Notes under the pieces: model-generated
Told to the model about the DNA's origin: nothing
The model's input: only the letters and a program-made list of their open reading frames with translations
Databases searched by the model: none
Position numbers and translations under genes: made by a program
In this document: positions 18,749 to 29,400 of the stretch, in pieces
How the letters are laid out: each line of letters opens with the position of its first letter
Position numbering within the stretch: the stretch's first letter is position 1
IMG/VR virus record: IMGVR_UViG_2799112265_000001
Span: 67,783-131,782 of that record
Source of the DNA: a virus
Lineage: Duplodnaviria > Caudoviricetes
DNA length: 64,000 nucleotides
Strand: one strand, 5' to 3'

Positions 18749-19365
18749 CGATGCCCTACGTCCTGCCCCGCACCGGTGAACTCGGGAAGCGCGAGCCGGT
18801 CATCGTGACCCCGGCCGGCGTCCGCTACGCCGACCCGGCGCTGACTGAGACCTGGCGCGACCTCGACGGCGTGCTCTGGGAGGTACGCGAGGGTGCTCCC
18901 ACGGGCCCGCCCGCGTACACCGCCGAGCTGCACCCGGTCCGGCAGCCCGAGGCCATGGACGGTCTGCTGTGTGCGGGCTGCCGTGAGCCCGCCGACCGGG
19001 GCCCGGACGGAATGCTGTGGCTGCTGCCCCTGCTCGGCGCCGCCCCGGACACCCGCTGGGAGGGCGTACGGACGGCGATCCCGCCGATGTGCGCCACCTG
19101 CGCCGAGCTGGCCCCCACCGTGTGCCCGGTGCTCGGCGACGGCCACGTGGAACTCCGCGTACGGGAGGCCGGCCCCATCGGCGTACGCGGCACCCGCCAC
19201 CCCCGGCCCGGCGAGCCCGGCGACCCCGACCCCGACGCCCTGGTCCTCTACGACTCCCCGGACCTGCCGTTCGTCGTCGCCCGCCAGGCCATCCGCGAGC
19301 TACGCCGCACCACCGTGGTCCGCATCTCCAAGCCGTCCGTCACCCCGCAGGAGCACCGTTGCTGA
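18745..19365 (+). CDS. hypothetical protein
   Basis: HPVRQ.AM..LLCAGC and PPMCATCA..CP motifs. Confidence 0.7.
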   Translation: MTMPYVLPRTGELGKREPVIVTPAGVRYADPALTETWRDLDGVLWEVREGAPTGPPAYTAELHPVRQPEAMDGLLCAGCREPADRGPDGMLWLLPLLGAAPDTRWEGVRTAIPPMCATCAELAPTVCPVLGDGHVELRVREAGPIGVRGTRHPRPGEPGDPDPDALVLYDSPDLPFVVARQAIRELRRTTVVRISKPSVTPQEHRC

Positions 19366-19835
19366 CCGCCGACTCCCTGAGTCCCCTGGAACTGCTGCGT
19401 CTCCACAGTCTCGTCACCTACGAGTTCAGCGTCGACCTGCATCATCCGGACGCACTGAGGGGCCGCATCTGCGTGTGGTGCCACACGCCGGAGCCGACCG
19501 GGCCGCAACTGGATTACGTATTCGTTGACGGCGAGGACCCCCGAGGGTGCCGCGCCTGCTACTCCACCCGCCTGGCGTATGTGCTGACCTGGGACAACTG
19601 GGCTGCGCACGTCGACATCTGTCCGGCCTGCACACTGGGCTGGCCCTGCTTCATGGGGCGCCGCCGCCGTGTCGAGCATGAGCGGACTTTGCCGGGCGTG
19701 AAAAGGATGCTGTGGTGCTTCCGCTGCGCCGATCCCATGCAGACCAACCGACGTGTCGCCGCACAGAGGCGGCACGAGCAGTACGGCCCGCGCATGGGCT
19801 ACGTCCATGCCTCCCACATGCCCCTCCCGTCTTAA
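19359..19835 (+). CDS. multi-CxxC hypothetical protein
   Basis: AGGAG RBS, TTG start; four CxxC. Confidence 0.55.
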   Translation: MLTADSLSPLELLRLHSLVTYEFSVDLHHPDALRGRICVWCHTPEPTGPQLDYVFVDGEDPRGCRACYSTRLAYVLTWDNWAAHVDICPACTLGWPCFMGRRRRVEHERTLPGVKRMLWCFRCADPMQTNRRVAAQRRHEQYGPRMGYVHASHMPLPS

Positions 19836-19926
19836 CCACAGGCCCCTGCTCGGCGGCCGGGATGTCACTTGCTCGGTCGTCGGGCAGGCAGCAAGGCACC
19901 ATCCCTTCAAGGAGAGGAAGCCGCAC

Positions 19927-20505
19927 ATGTCCCAGACCGGCATGCCTGCCGTGGAGACCGTCGCGGTCGCCGCGCAGCAGATCGTGGACCGCATCAAGGG
20001 CGACCCCGAGTTCGGCGCGTTCGAGGCGGCGTCGCTGGAGTACGGCGAGGACTGGCAGTGCTTCACCGGGTTTCCGGTGGTCAGCCTGTGGAAGCTGGAG
20101 ACGGACGCCGCACCGCTGTTCGAGGAGGGTCTGCGCGCCCTCGCGCTGAAGGCCGCGGTGTACGCGGCCACCGGCGACGACAAGGTGGCGGAGGTCGCCA
20201 TCGCTGTGCCGGTGGACGAGATGACCCACGCGATGCTCGCTCAGACGCAGTTGTTCGCGCGGATCGCGGTCCGGTGCGGGGTCGGCATCATCCACCAGAC
20301 GGACCAGGAGCACACCGACTACCGCTCGGGCGGGTACACCTACGACTGCTACCGGGCGGCGTGGGGTGAGCCCCCGGCCCGCTACTGGCTGGACCACGAG
20401 GAGGTGGAGCGGCGCCGTGACGTCCTGGCCGGCCGGTACGAGAGCATCGGCGTGGGACGTTCCGGCCGGGAGCACAGCATCGACTTCGCCACGGTCGCGG
20501 CCTAG
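19927..20505 (+). CDS. hypothetical protein (glycine-rich-domain-containing-protein-like motif)
   Basis: AGGAGAGG RBS; VDEMTHAMLAQT...IIH...Y..AWG. Confidence 0.7.
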   Translation: MSQTGMPAVETVAVAAQQIVDRIKGDPEFGAFEAASLEYGEDWQCFTGFPVVSLWKLETDAAPLFEEGLRALALKAAVYAATGDDKVAEVAIAVPVDEMTHAMLAQTQLFARIAVRCGVGIIHQTDQEHTDYRSGGYTYDCYRAAWGEPPARYWLDHEEVERRRDVLAGRYESIGVGRSGREHSIDFATVAA

Positions 20506-20909
20506 CCGAGAGCGGCGCGCAGCACCGCCGTGATGTCGATGCCGGGGTCTGAGGCGAGCAGGAGTTCCGTCGCCTGCCGGATCACGTCGTCGCACACCTC
20601 CGGTGGTGCCGCGTCGAGCATGGAACGCACCCACGCGGGGACCTCGTCGGCCTGTACCGGCGGCGGGGTCTCCCAGGGCAGAGGCAGGCCATCGCTGGCG
20701 TATGGGGCGGCGGGGAGGCCGACCCGGTCGGGGTGCACGCACACGGGAACGCCTGCGGCCGTGAACCGGTGTCCGGTCTTCGGGTCGAAGGGGCAGTCGC
20801 GGGAAGGGCGTGCGAGGACGTCGAACCCGCCGCCCGGCAACTGGTTCGAGGGGCACACGTCGCACACCGGCCGGCCGCCCCGCGCGAACGGCTCCACGCG
20901 TCCCGTCAT
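20502..20909 (-). CDS. hypothetical protein
   Basis: GGAGG RBS; CDVC and VCVHP motifs. Confidence 0.65.
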   Translation of the reverse strand: MTGRVEPFARGGRPVCDVCPSNQLPGGGFDVLARPSRDCPFDPKTGHRFTAAGVPVCVHPDRVGLPAAPYASDGLPLPWETPPPVQADEVPAWVRSMLDAAPPEVCDDVIRQATELLLASDPGIDITAVLRAALG

Positions 20910-21060
20910 CGTCCCGCCTCCCGTCGTACTGGGGGTGCACGGTAGCGGAGTTCCACCCGGCTTCGTGGCCCCTCCTCACGGCCCGTCCGCGCACTCAAAC
21001 CCCGCGGCGCACGGGGCGCAGTTCACCACCACACCAGAGGGAAAGTAGGGGAGGCACGGC

Positions 21061-21387
21061 ATGGCTGAACATGAGGAGCCGTTGGAGGACTGGGCCGCCC
21101 GGCGGGACGCACGCCGCCCCCGCTTCGGGGAGCGCCGCCCGGCGCCTCTCGGGGACGAGCAGCGGGGCGCGCACGTCGACCCGGACGCCCCGCGCGGTGT
21201 CGAAGTGTGGGACGGGCAGGACTGGGTGCCGTCCGGGGCGGCAGAGGACTACGAAGCGGCGGCCGCCGAGACCGGCGGTGACACCACGGTGCGAGCCGAG
21301 CGGGTGCCGCTGCCCGCGTTCGGACGTCTCCCGACGATGCCCAAGCCATACCGGCCGACCATCCCCGTCCACCGCCCGCACTCCTGA
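21061..21387 (+). CDS. hypothetical protein (DUF6087-like)
   Basis: GGAGG RBS; EPLEDWAARR...HVDPDAPR..WDG. Confidence 0.65.
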   Translation: MAEHEEPLEDWAARRDARRPRFGERRPAPLGDEQRGAHVDPDAPRGVEVWDGQDWVPSGAAEDYEAAAAETGGDTTVRAERVPLPAFGRLPTMPKPYRPTIPVHRPHS

Positions 21388-21550
21388 GCCTTCTGGGCTC
21401 ACTCAATCGGCCCCGTCCGTGCGCTGAACCCCCGAGGCGCACGGGCGGGGCTTCTCCGTTGCAGGGTGTAACAGATCGTTCCGGGTGACGTTTGGCATGT
21501 AGAGACTCGCGGTTTATGTCAATCCCCCAGCGCGGTTTCCGGAGGAAACG

Positions 21551-22060
21551 GTGTCGACAGCGATAGCCCCCCAGCAGGAGTCCCTCTTCGCGTGGCTCAC
21601 GGACGAACCGGTGCCCTCCGTGCCGCAGGTGAAGGCCGAGCCCCTGCAGAAGACCGCTCCCCCGCCCGCGAAGCCTCCGACGGAGACGAAGAGGCCGGCC
21701 CGGAAGAAGAAGAAGGACGACCTCTCGCACGTGTGGGTGGTGGCCGCCGAGGTCGAGGTGGAGCCGAAGATCGCCAAGATGGCCGACAGCAAGGGCAGCT
21801 TCAAGACCCCGGAGGGGATGCGCGTCGACGCGCTGGACGTGTACTGCCGCGAGTGCCGCCGCCCGTACGACGAGGTCCGCGGCGAGGACTGCGCCGCCAA
21901 GATCGACAACAGGCACCTGATCGGCGGTGACCAGAGCGTGCGCGCGAAGCGGAAGCCGGCCCCCGCGCCCCCGAAGAACGCCCGCATCATCCCCGGTGGC
22001 CGCATCAACCGGCGGGGAGTCGACGCCTACATGAGCGGGGTGTCTCGCCCGCCGCGCTGA
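21551..22060 (+). CDS. phage hypothetical protein at start of virion module
   Basis: GGAGG RBS; YCRECRRPY motif. Confidence 0.75.
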   Translation: MSTAIAPQQESLFAWLTDEPVPSVPQVKAEPLQKTAPPPAKPPTETKRPARKKKKDDLSHVWVVAAEVEVEPKIAKMADSKGSFKTPEGMRVDALDVYCRECRRPYDEVRGEDCAAKIDNRHLIGGDQSVRAKRKPAPAPPKNARIIPGGRINRRGVDAYMSGVSRPPR

Positions 22061-22066
22061 CCACGC

Positions 22067-22094
22067 GACACTAACGCCGGCCGCGCCCCACTGT
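22067..22094 (+). promoter_or_regulatory. putative late promoter (first of 16 copies)
   Basis: GACACTAA-N14-CACTGT; GTG starts 8 nt later. Confidence 0.7.
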
Positions 22095-22101
22095 GCGCGG
22101 C

Positions 22102-22482
22102 GTGACTACTGAGCGAACCTCTTGGGCGCTAGCGCGCGAAGCCGTCGGCCTGGTCCTCACCGCGTTCGGCGTCCTCGGCGTCCTCGTGGCGCTGGGCCAG
22201 GTCCACTGGAGTGCGGCCCTCGCCGCGATAGCCGTCCTGTTCATCCTGGCGGGCGTCTTCCTGCGGCCCGACCCCAGCTTCCCCCGCTGGACGCACATGC
22301 TGCGGGGCGTGCTCGGTGTCACCGGCTACCTCGGGCTCATCGTCTGCGCGTTCAACCTGTCCGTCCCACTCGGGTGGATCGCGGTGTTCACCGGGGTCGG
22401 CATCGTCGGCCTGCTGATGGCCTCCCCCCGCGACACCGCCCCCGAGAGCGGCGCCGCTGACCAGGGCGAGGGGGCCGCCTGA
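22102..22482 (+). CDS. 4-TM membrane protein upstream of portal
   Basis: Hydrophobic segments; TGATG coupling to portal. Confidence 0.7.
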   Translation: MTTERTSWALAREAVGLVLTAFGVLGVLVALGQVHWSAALAAIAVLFILAGVFLRPDPSFPRWTHMLRGVLGVTGYLGLIVCAFNLSVPLGWIAVFTGVGIVGLLMASPRDTAPESGAADQGEGAA

Positions 22483-24932
22483 TGCCCCGCCATCTGCTCC
22501 CCGCCTGGCGCGGCCTGTTCGTCCCCCGTACCGCCGCAGCCGCCGCCCCGCTCGCCCCGGCCGAGACCAAGGACCTCTCCTTCACGGGCAGCTACGCGTC
22601 CGTGACGTACGCCGGTGTCACCAACGTGTGGGGCACTCCCGGCCGCGCGGACGGCTGGGACCTCGAACGAGTCATCATCGAGGGCTACGAGCGCAGCATC
22701 TGGACCTTCAAGGCCGTTGAGGCGATCAGCAAGCACGCCGGCTCGTTGCCCATCCAGATCGGCCGAGGCGGCGACGAAAGCCGCTTCGCAGAGACCCTCG
22801 ACTCCCACCCGCTCCTCAAGCTGCTCAACAAGAAGGCCAACCCCTTGGAGAGCGGCGACGTCTTCAAGAAGCGGCTCTCCGCGCAGCTCCTGCTCAGCAA
22901 GAAGGGCGTCTTCATCGAGAAGACGTACTCCCGCGCGCGCATCCTCGTACGGCTCGATCTGCTCCCGCCGGACCGAGTGCGGATCATCCCGGACGACGAG
23001 AACGACGACTACGTCAAGCACTTCGAGTTCACGGACTACCGCGGCCGGGTCCGCATCCTGCTGCCCAAGCACGTCATCTGGATTCGGGACCCGCACCCGT
23101 ACGACCCGTTCAGCGGTGTCACCCCGCTGGAGGCCGCCGGACTGTCCGTCGACCTGGACGTGAAGGCCCGCACCTACAACATCAGCTTCATCGACCGAGA
23201 CGCCCGCCCGTCCGGCATCGTCGGCATCGACCTCGAAGGCGTCGCCGATCAGGAGATCGACCGCATCCAGCGCCGCTTCGCGCCCGGCGCCCACCAGGCC
23301 GGTGAACTCGCGCTCGTCGGCACCGGGAAGGGCGGCATCACCTACGTCGACACCTCCACCCGGCCGCGCGACATGGCCTACGAGACGATGTCGAACATCT
23401 GCAAGGGCGAGATCCTCGCCGCGTTCGGCGTGCCGGAGAGCGTCGTCGGCAACGCCTCCGAGCGGACGTACGCCAACGCCGACCGCGAGGAGTGGACGTT
23501 CTGGGACCACACCGAGCTGCCGCACCTGAACCTGATCGCGTCCGGGTTCGACGACGACCTGGACGACGAGTGGGTGGTCCGGTTCGACACCCAGCGCGTG
23601 CAGGCCCTGGAGTACCCCCGCCGCGCCGCCCGCGAGGAAGCCCGCAAGGAGTTCGAGGCCGGGCTCATCAGCGTCGACGAGTACCGGGACGTGGCGAGGA
23701 AGCCCAGGTTCAACACCGCACAGTCTCGCGCCCTGTGGATCAGCCCGCAGAAGGCACCCATCGCCGCGAACGACGCCGACGCCGCCACGCTCGGCCTCAC
23801 CCAGGGCGGCCCGGGCGCGCCCGGCGCCACCCCCACCGGCGCACCCCTGCCCGACGGCGCCCCGGCCGGCAACGCGGCCGCCGACGTCGCCGCCGCCAGC
23901 AGCGCCCCAGCCAGCGTCGGGGACGCGGCCGCCGACGTCGCCGCCGCACGCGCGCAGCAGCCGCCCGCCGGCGCGACGGGCCGTGCTGCCGACGCCGTAG
24001 AGGCAGCCCGCGCCGCCAGCGCTGGCATCGGCCCCGGTAACGCGGCCGCCGACGTCGCCGCCGCCAGCAGCTCCCAGAGCACGCTCCGGCCCGGCCCGGC
24101 CGCCGCCGACGTCACCCTCGCACGCGAGTCCAAGGCGCTGCCACAGAGCCCGCAGCGCACCGGGTCCGAGGTCACCGAAGACGACTTCGACACCCTCGCC
24201 GCCGCCGTCACCGCCGCGCTCAGCCCGCTGCTGGAGCAGCAGGAGGGCGTCATCATCGCCCGGCTCCGCGCCCCGAAGACGCGCAAGCACACCCGGTTCT
24301 GGCAGCCCGAGTACGAGCACGACACCCGAGGCGGCGACGCCGACCTGGACCAGGACCGCGTGGTCTCCGCCGAGCGTTGGGCCACGGAGGCCATGACCGC
24401 ACTGGCGCCGATCCTTCAGCAGGCTGCCGTCGAGACCGCCCGCAAGGTAGGCCGCGCCCTCACGGGCACGGACACGGTCACCCCGGCCGCCGCCGCGGCC
24501 GCCATAGCCAGCGCCGCGTACGCCGGCCAGGCCGTGACCGCGTTCCTCGCCGACCTCGCCGACGTGCTTCAGGGTGCCCAGCAGGGCCCCGTGACCCTGG
24601 ACGGCCTGATCGACGCCGTGGGCGGCCACTACGAGGCGGCCAAGCCCGCCCTGATCGAGCGGGTCGCAGAGAGCTGCGCCGTGGCCACCATCAACGGGGC
24701 AGCCGACGCCGCCGCCGAGAACGCCGGACCCGGAGTCGTCCGCACCTGGGTCACCCGGGGCGACGACCGCGTACGGCCCGCCCACAAGGCCCTCAGCGGC
24801 AAGACGCTACCCGTCGGCACCCCGTACACCGTCGACGGAGCCAGCCTCCGCTACCCCGGCGACCCGTTCGCCCCGCTCGGCCTGACCATCAACTGCCGTT
24901 GCCGTCTGCGCTACACCACCGAAGAGGAGTAA
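22482..24932 (+). CDS. portal protein fused to C-terminal MuF (SPP1 gp7-like) domain
   Basis: HPLLKLLNKKANP, GVTPL, EILAAFGVP..VG..YAN (HK97-type portal); TWVTRGDDRVRPAH...PGD...INCRC (MuF). Confidence 0.9.
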   Translation: MPRHLLPAWRGLFVPRTAAAAAPLAPAETKDLSFTGSYASVTYAGVTNVWGTPGRADGWDLERVIIEGYERSIWTFKAVEAISKHAGSLPIQIGRGGDESRFAETLDSHPLLKLLNKKANPLESGDVFKKRLSAQLLLSKKGVFIEKTYSRARILVRLDLLPPDRVRIIPDDENDDYVKHFEFTDYRGRVRILLPKHVIWIRDPHPYDPFSGVTPLEAAGLSVDLDVKARTYNISFIDRDARPSGIVGIDLEGVADQEIDRIQRRFAPGAHQAGELALVGTGKGGITYVDTSTRPRDMAYETMSNICKGEILAAFGVPESVVGNASERTYANADREEWTFWDHTELPHLNLIASGFDDDLDDEWVVRFDTQRVQALEYPRRAAREEARKEFEAGLISVDEYRDVARKPRFNTAQSRALWISPQKAPIAANDADAATLGLTQGGPGAPGATPTGAPLPDGAPAGNAAADVAAASSAPASVGDAAADVAAARAQQPPAGATGRAADAVEAARAASAGIGPGNAAADVAAASSSQSTLRPGPAAADVTLARESKALPQSPQRTGSEVTEDDFDTLAAAVTAALSPLLEQQEGVIIARLRAPKTRKHTRFWQPEYEHDTRGGDADLDQDRVVSAERWATEAMTALAPILQQAAVETARKVGRALTGTDTVTPAAAAAAIASAAYAGQAVTAFLADLADVLQGAQQGPVTLDGLIDAVGGHYEAAKPALIERVAESCAVATINGAADAAAENAGPGVVRTWVTRGDDRVRPAHKALSGKTLPVGTPYTVDGASLRYPGDPFAPLGLTINCRCRLRYTTEEE

Positions 24933-24938
24933 CCCGCC

Positions 24939-25151
24939 ATGTGGGCAGCCATCTGGATCGCCTGGGGCGTGACCTTCGCCGTCGTTGAGGGCCTCGCCCT
25001 GACCAACAGACGCGACGGAGACACCCTTTCCGAGAACACCCGACGCCTCTTCCGGACCCGGACCAGCAAGGTGGGCAGAGCCATCTTCGCGGTCGCCTGG
25101 ATCGGCTTCTCCGGCTGGTTCGCCCTGCACATCCTCACCGAGACGATGTGA
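24939..25151 (+). CDS. small 2-TM membrane protein
   Basis: GAGGAG RBS; GDTLSE motif between TM segments. Confidence 0.7.
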   Translation: MWAAIWIAWGVTFAVVEGLALTNRRDGDTLSENTRRLFRTRTSKVGRAIFAVAWIGFSGWFALHILTETM

Positions 25152-25198
25152 CAGGGACCGAAGGGACCCAAGAACTGACAGCCGCTCACCCTCGCGCC

Positions 25199-26212
25199 AT
25201 GCCAGAAACCAAATCAGCAGCCTGGAACGCCGCGCTCCACCCGCGAGACCGCTTCGGCCGGTTCATCGAGACCGGGGCGATCGTCTCCCTGTGGAGCACG
25301 CCCGGTCTCTTCCGTGTGCGGCGCCCCCTGGGCGGGAGCAGGGTCTCCGTCGAGCCCGTGTTCGGCGGGGAGCCCCGTACCGTGGCTGCGGACCGGGTGC
25401 AGGTCATCCCAGCTCTTTCACCCGCGTCCGCGCTGGAGCGGGAGCACGCCGGGCTGAACAACATCGTCACCTCGCCGAACACCGCGGAGGAGGTGGCCAA
25501 GGCCGTTGACCGGGCGCGGAAGGCCATCGCCAAGGTGCACGGCGTGCCCGACGTCGTCCCGGTCCTCCCGGTCATCACCCAGGTGGACCGTGCCGGGAAA
25601 CTGCCCGCTGCCGGCGAGTACCTGGTCAGTCCCTCACCCGGGGGTGCGGCGGAGCCGGTCAGCCTGTTCATAAGCCCCACCGGTGTGCAGCCCGCGCTGA
25701 CGGCTGTTCACGAAATCGGGCACGTGCTCGACCATCTGCTGCTCGGCGCCGGCCGGGACTGGTTCGCCACCAGCGGGCGCGGCGAACCGGTGCACGTCGA
25801 CGACGACCTGACCGACTGGTGGGCTGCCGTGGAGCGCAGCAAGCCGTACCAGTTGCTGCGGCTCATGCAGCTCCGGCTACGGAACAAGGACACGGTGCAC
25901 TGGTCGGTGATCAGGCATCCGTCGACGGGCGAGGAACGCCCGGTCTCCGTCACCCGCGGGGAGGTGGACTACTACGTCAGCCCCCGGGAGATGTTCGCCC
26001 GCGCCTACGCCCAGTGGATCGCGCTGCGGAGCGGTGATCCGGTCCTTCTCCAGCTGCTGAAGAACGACATCGAGCGCGGCTTCGGCAACATCATCAGCGG
26101 CTTGAGCGGTTGGTACCCTCGCCAGTGGCCCGAGGAGGACTTCGCCGAGATCGCCGCCGAACTCGATGCGATCTTCGCGGCCAGGGGACTGCTCAAGGGG
26201 GCCCAGTCATGA
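25199..26212 (+). CDS. zincin-like metallopeptidase domain protein with N-terminal HPRD motif
   Basis: WNAALHPRDRFGRF; HEIGH...EMFARAY; ATG 7 nt after promoter motif. Confidence 0.75.
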   Translation: MPETKSAAWNAALHPRDRFGRFIETGAIVSLWSTPGLFRVRRPLGGSRVSVEPVFGGEPRTVAADRVQVIPALSPASALEREHAGLNNIVTSPNTAEEVAKAVDRARKAIAKVHGVPDVVPVLPVITQVDRAGKLPAAGEYLVSPSPGGAAEPVSLFISPTGVQPALTAVHEIGHVLDHLLLGAGRDWFATSGRGEPVHVDDDLTDWWAAVERSKPYQLLRLMQLRLRNKDTVHWSVIRHPSTGEERPVSVTRGEVDYYVSPREMFARAYAQWIALRSGDPVLLQLLKNDIERGFGNIISGLSGWYPRQWPEEDFAEIAAELDAIFAARGLLKGAQS

Positions 26213-26376
26213 TCAAGCCGGAGCTGCTGGACGAGTTGATCGCCGAGCACGGCGTGGACGCCTACAAGGTGGCGGCGGAGATCCTCGAAGCGGACGAGAA
26301 GAGCTGGCCGGCGCTTCCGCCCGGCGACTACACCATGGATGAGGCCGACTTCGGGTTCCCCCCGGTCCCTTCCTGA
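26209..26376 (+). CDS. small acidic protein
   Basis: ATGA coupling; 55 aa. Confidence 0.55.
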   Translation: MIKPELLDELIAEHGVDAYKVAAEILEADEKSWPALPPGDYTMDEADFGFPPVPS

Positions 26377-26432
26377 TCCGGCGCGGCCCGTAGGCCGCGA
26401 CATAAGCAGCGCGCGGTGTGCAGTGTCCGCGC

Positions 26433-29400
26433 ATGCTGAATCGTCCCACTGCACAGGCCCTGTCGTCCGACCTGAGCGACGGCCTCGAAGCCAAGGCCAC
26501 GCGCCGCCCGTGGAACCCTGCCCTGCACCCGCGCGACAGTAAGGGCAGGTTCATTGAGACCGGCGGCGTGGTGCGACTGTGGGGTGGCAAGCTCGCCCGC
26601 GTCGTCCGCGCGCTCCCGCACGACCGCATCCTCGTCCAGGACCAGAGCGGCCCGAACCAGTTCAATGGCGAGCGGCGCACCAGCAGCGCCAAGTGGGTGA
26701 CCATGGTCGCCCGCCCGGACGGCAGCGCACCCACCGGCGACGAGAAGAAGGTTGCTGAGGAGGACGAGCGCCGCCAGGTCGACCCGCGCCGCGGTAACGG
26801 CGTGGTCCACGACGATGGCGGCGACCCGGACACCCCCGACGACCCGCACCACGTTGACGACCAGGGCCAGCCTCTCGGGGACGACCACGGTGACGGCCCG
26901 GACGCCGGCGACGACCAGCCCGAGTCGGCCGACGCCGCGCACCCGGTCAACGTTCGCGCGCTGCCCAACCAGCGGTATGCGGACGGGGCCCGCTACGCCG
27001 ACACCGCGGCGGTCCGCGAGCACTTCCTCCAGCTCGCCGAGCAGCCCAGCACCCAGCCCGGCATGGCCGCCTTCCTCCGCTCGGTCGCACACGACGACGA
27101 CCTGCACGTCACCCCGTCCGGCCGTCTGGCCATCCTCCGCAACAGCGACGGCCGCTGGAACCTGACCGCCACCGGCACCGGGCAGCGCATGGACGACGCC
27201 GGCGACTTCGCCACCGTCCAGGACGCCACCCGCTTCGCCGAGCACCTGGAGGACGAAGTCCGGGCCTCGAACGGCAAGCCGTTCGACTTTTCCGACCCCT
27301 CCCTCGACCAGGCCGCCCGCACATGGCGCTCCGAATGGAACGAGAACGTGCAGGCCGCCATCGTGCGGGCCCGCACCGAGTTCTCCGCCGAGCAGGCTGC
27401 ACCCCAGCAAGACCCGAAGACCCCGCATCCGGACGCGCCCGGCGGACAGGTCACCCTCAGCCCTGACGAGGTGTCGCAGTCCCTCGACGCCGTTCGCCCC
27501 GAGGGCTCCAGGGCCCCGTCGACGATGACGGACGCGGAACTCCGTGACGAGATCGTGGACCTGATGGGCCGCGAGATGGAGAACGGCGGGGAACTGTCCG
27601 GCCCCGACCGCACCCGCATGCGCGTCCTGGAGGCCGAGGAGGCCCGCCGCGCCGGCCGGGCACCGAAGCAGGACAGCGCGAAGCCGAAACCCGCCGTCGA
27701 CGAGGGTGGCCTCTTCGACATCGACCAGCCGGTTACCGCCCAGCCCAGCCGGGCCGCCGACCCGAACAACCCCGACGACCAGCCCGACGACGAGCTGGGC
27801 ACCCCGGACATGTTCGCCGACCACGAGGGACGCGACACCGCCGGACTGCGTGCGGCCGAGATCCGCAGCGCCGCCGAGCTGGAGGTCGGCGACCGCTACG
27901 CCGACGCGGACGGCAACGTGCACACCGTGGCGGAAAAGCCGGTGCGCACTCCGCGCGGCCGCACCCGCCTGGTCACCGACGACGGCCAGGAGCGGCTCTA
28001 CACCGCCGACGCCGAGGTACGCCTCCAGCCCAAGGACGAGACCACCCCGAACGGCACGCCGAACAGCCCGGACATCGCCCCGGAACCCACCCCGGACGAG
28101 ATCCCGCCCGTGCCGATCGGTGAGCAGCGGCCGGCGGACATGGACGACGCCGCCCTCCAGGCCGAGATCGACGCCATGGAGGAGTGGCGGCAGCGGCACA
28201 TAGTGCCCGGCGGCGAAGGCCCCACTGTTCCCCGGCAGGAACTGAGCCCGACCGTCAGCGCGATCGGTGACCGGCGCGGCAAGCTGATGGACGAGCAGCG
28301 GCAGCGCAGCACCCGGCAGGAGGCACGGGAGCGCGCTGAGGCGGAGCAGCAGGCGAAGCGGGACGCCCTGGCGCGCGCCGAGGTCGGCAAGCGGGCCGCG
28401 GACGGCACCTTCCCGGTCACCGTCGACGGGGAGAGCATCGGCTCGGTCGAGAAGACGGGCCGGGACTGGTACGGGACGTACAGCGACGGCACGTCGGTCT
28501 ACGACCACAAGACCAAGGGTGACGCGGTCGCCGCGCTGGTCCGCCTTCACGACGCGCGTACGCAGCATGAGCAGGACCGTGTCCGGCAAGAGGAGGCGCG
28601 CACGCAGGCCCCGGAGGGCTGGCTGTTCGGCGACCGCGACGACCTCGCCGAGAACGACATCATCCGCCTGCCCCGAACTCAGCGGGACCGCGACGGCCGC
28701 GCCTACCCGGTGGGCTGGGGCGAGCCCGTCCGCGTCCGTTCCGTGGAACGCCACGACAACGGCCGCATGACCCTCTCAGTGACTCACCTCGACGGCTCCC
28801 GAGCCGGGACCGGCGTGGTCATGATGGACGGCCCCGGCAAGGACGCCGGCTTCGTGTGGGCGACCGACCGGACCAGGCCGGAACCCACCCCGCAGTGGAG
28901 GAACGAACTCCGTCCCCGGATGGCCGACATCGGCGACGACGTCGCCACCCTGCTCAACCACGCCGACGGGATCGACGGCCAGGACCAGGACCGGATGCGG
29001 CGCCTGGGCGAGCTGATCCGCCGCGTCGAGGACGGTGACACCGAGGATCTTCAGGCGGACCTCCGCAAGATCCGCGACGAGGCCGCGTGGCTTGAGGAGC
29101 AGTACAACAACCCGGATCTGCCGTACGAGACGCGCACCTACAGGTCGTGGGCAGTGGCCGCGCACGGGAAGGCGCAGCGCGCGCTGGACCACCCGGACTT
29201 CCAGCACGGCAGCACCGGCAACGGCCCGGACACCGCCCCGGACGCGGACGCTCCGAACGCCGGCAGCGCGCCCGACTGGGCTGACGACCTGGGGGACAGC
29301 GTCTGGCTCGACCAGCCGAGCAACACGCACGACTCCCGCAACATCTACGTAGACGGCCGTATCGAAGCACTCCTGGGCGGGGACCGGGCGCAGGGCGGGT

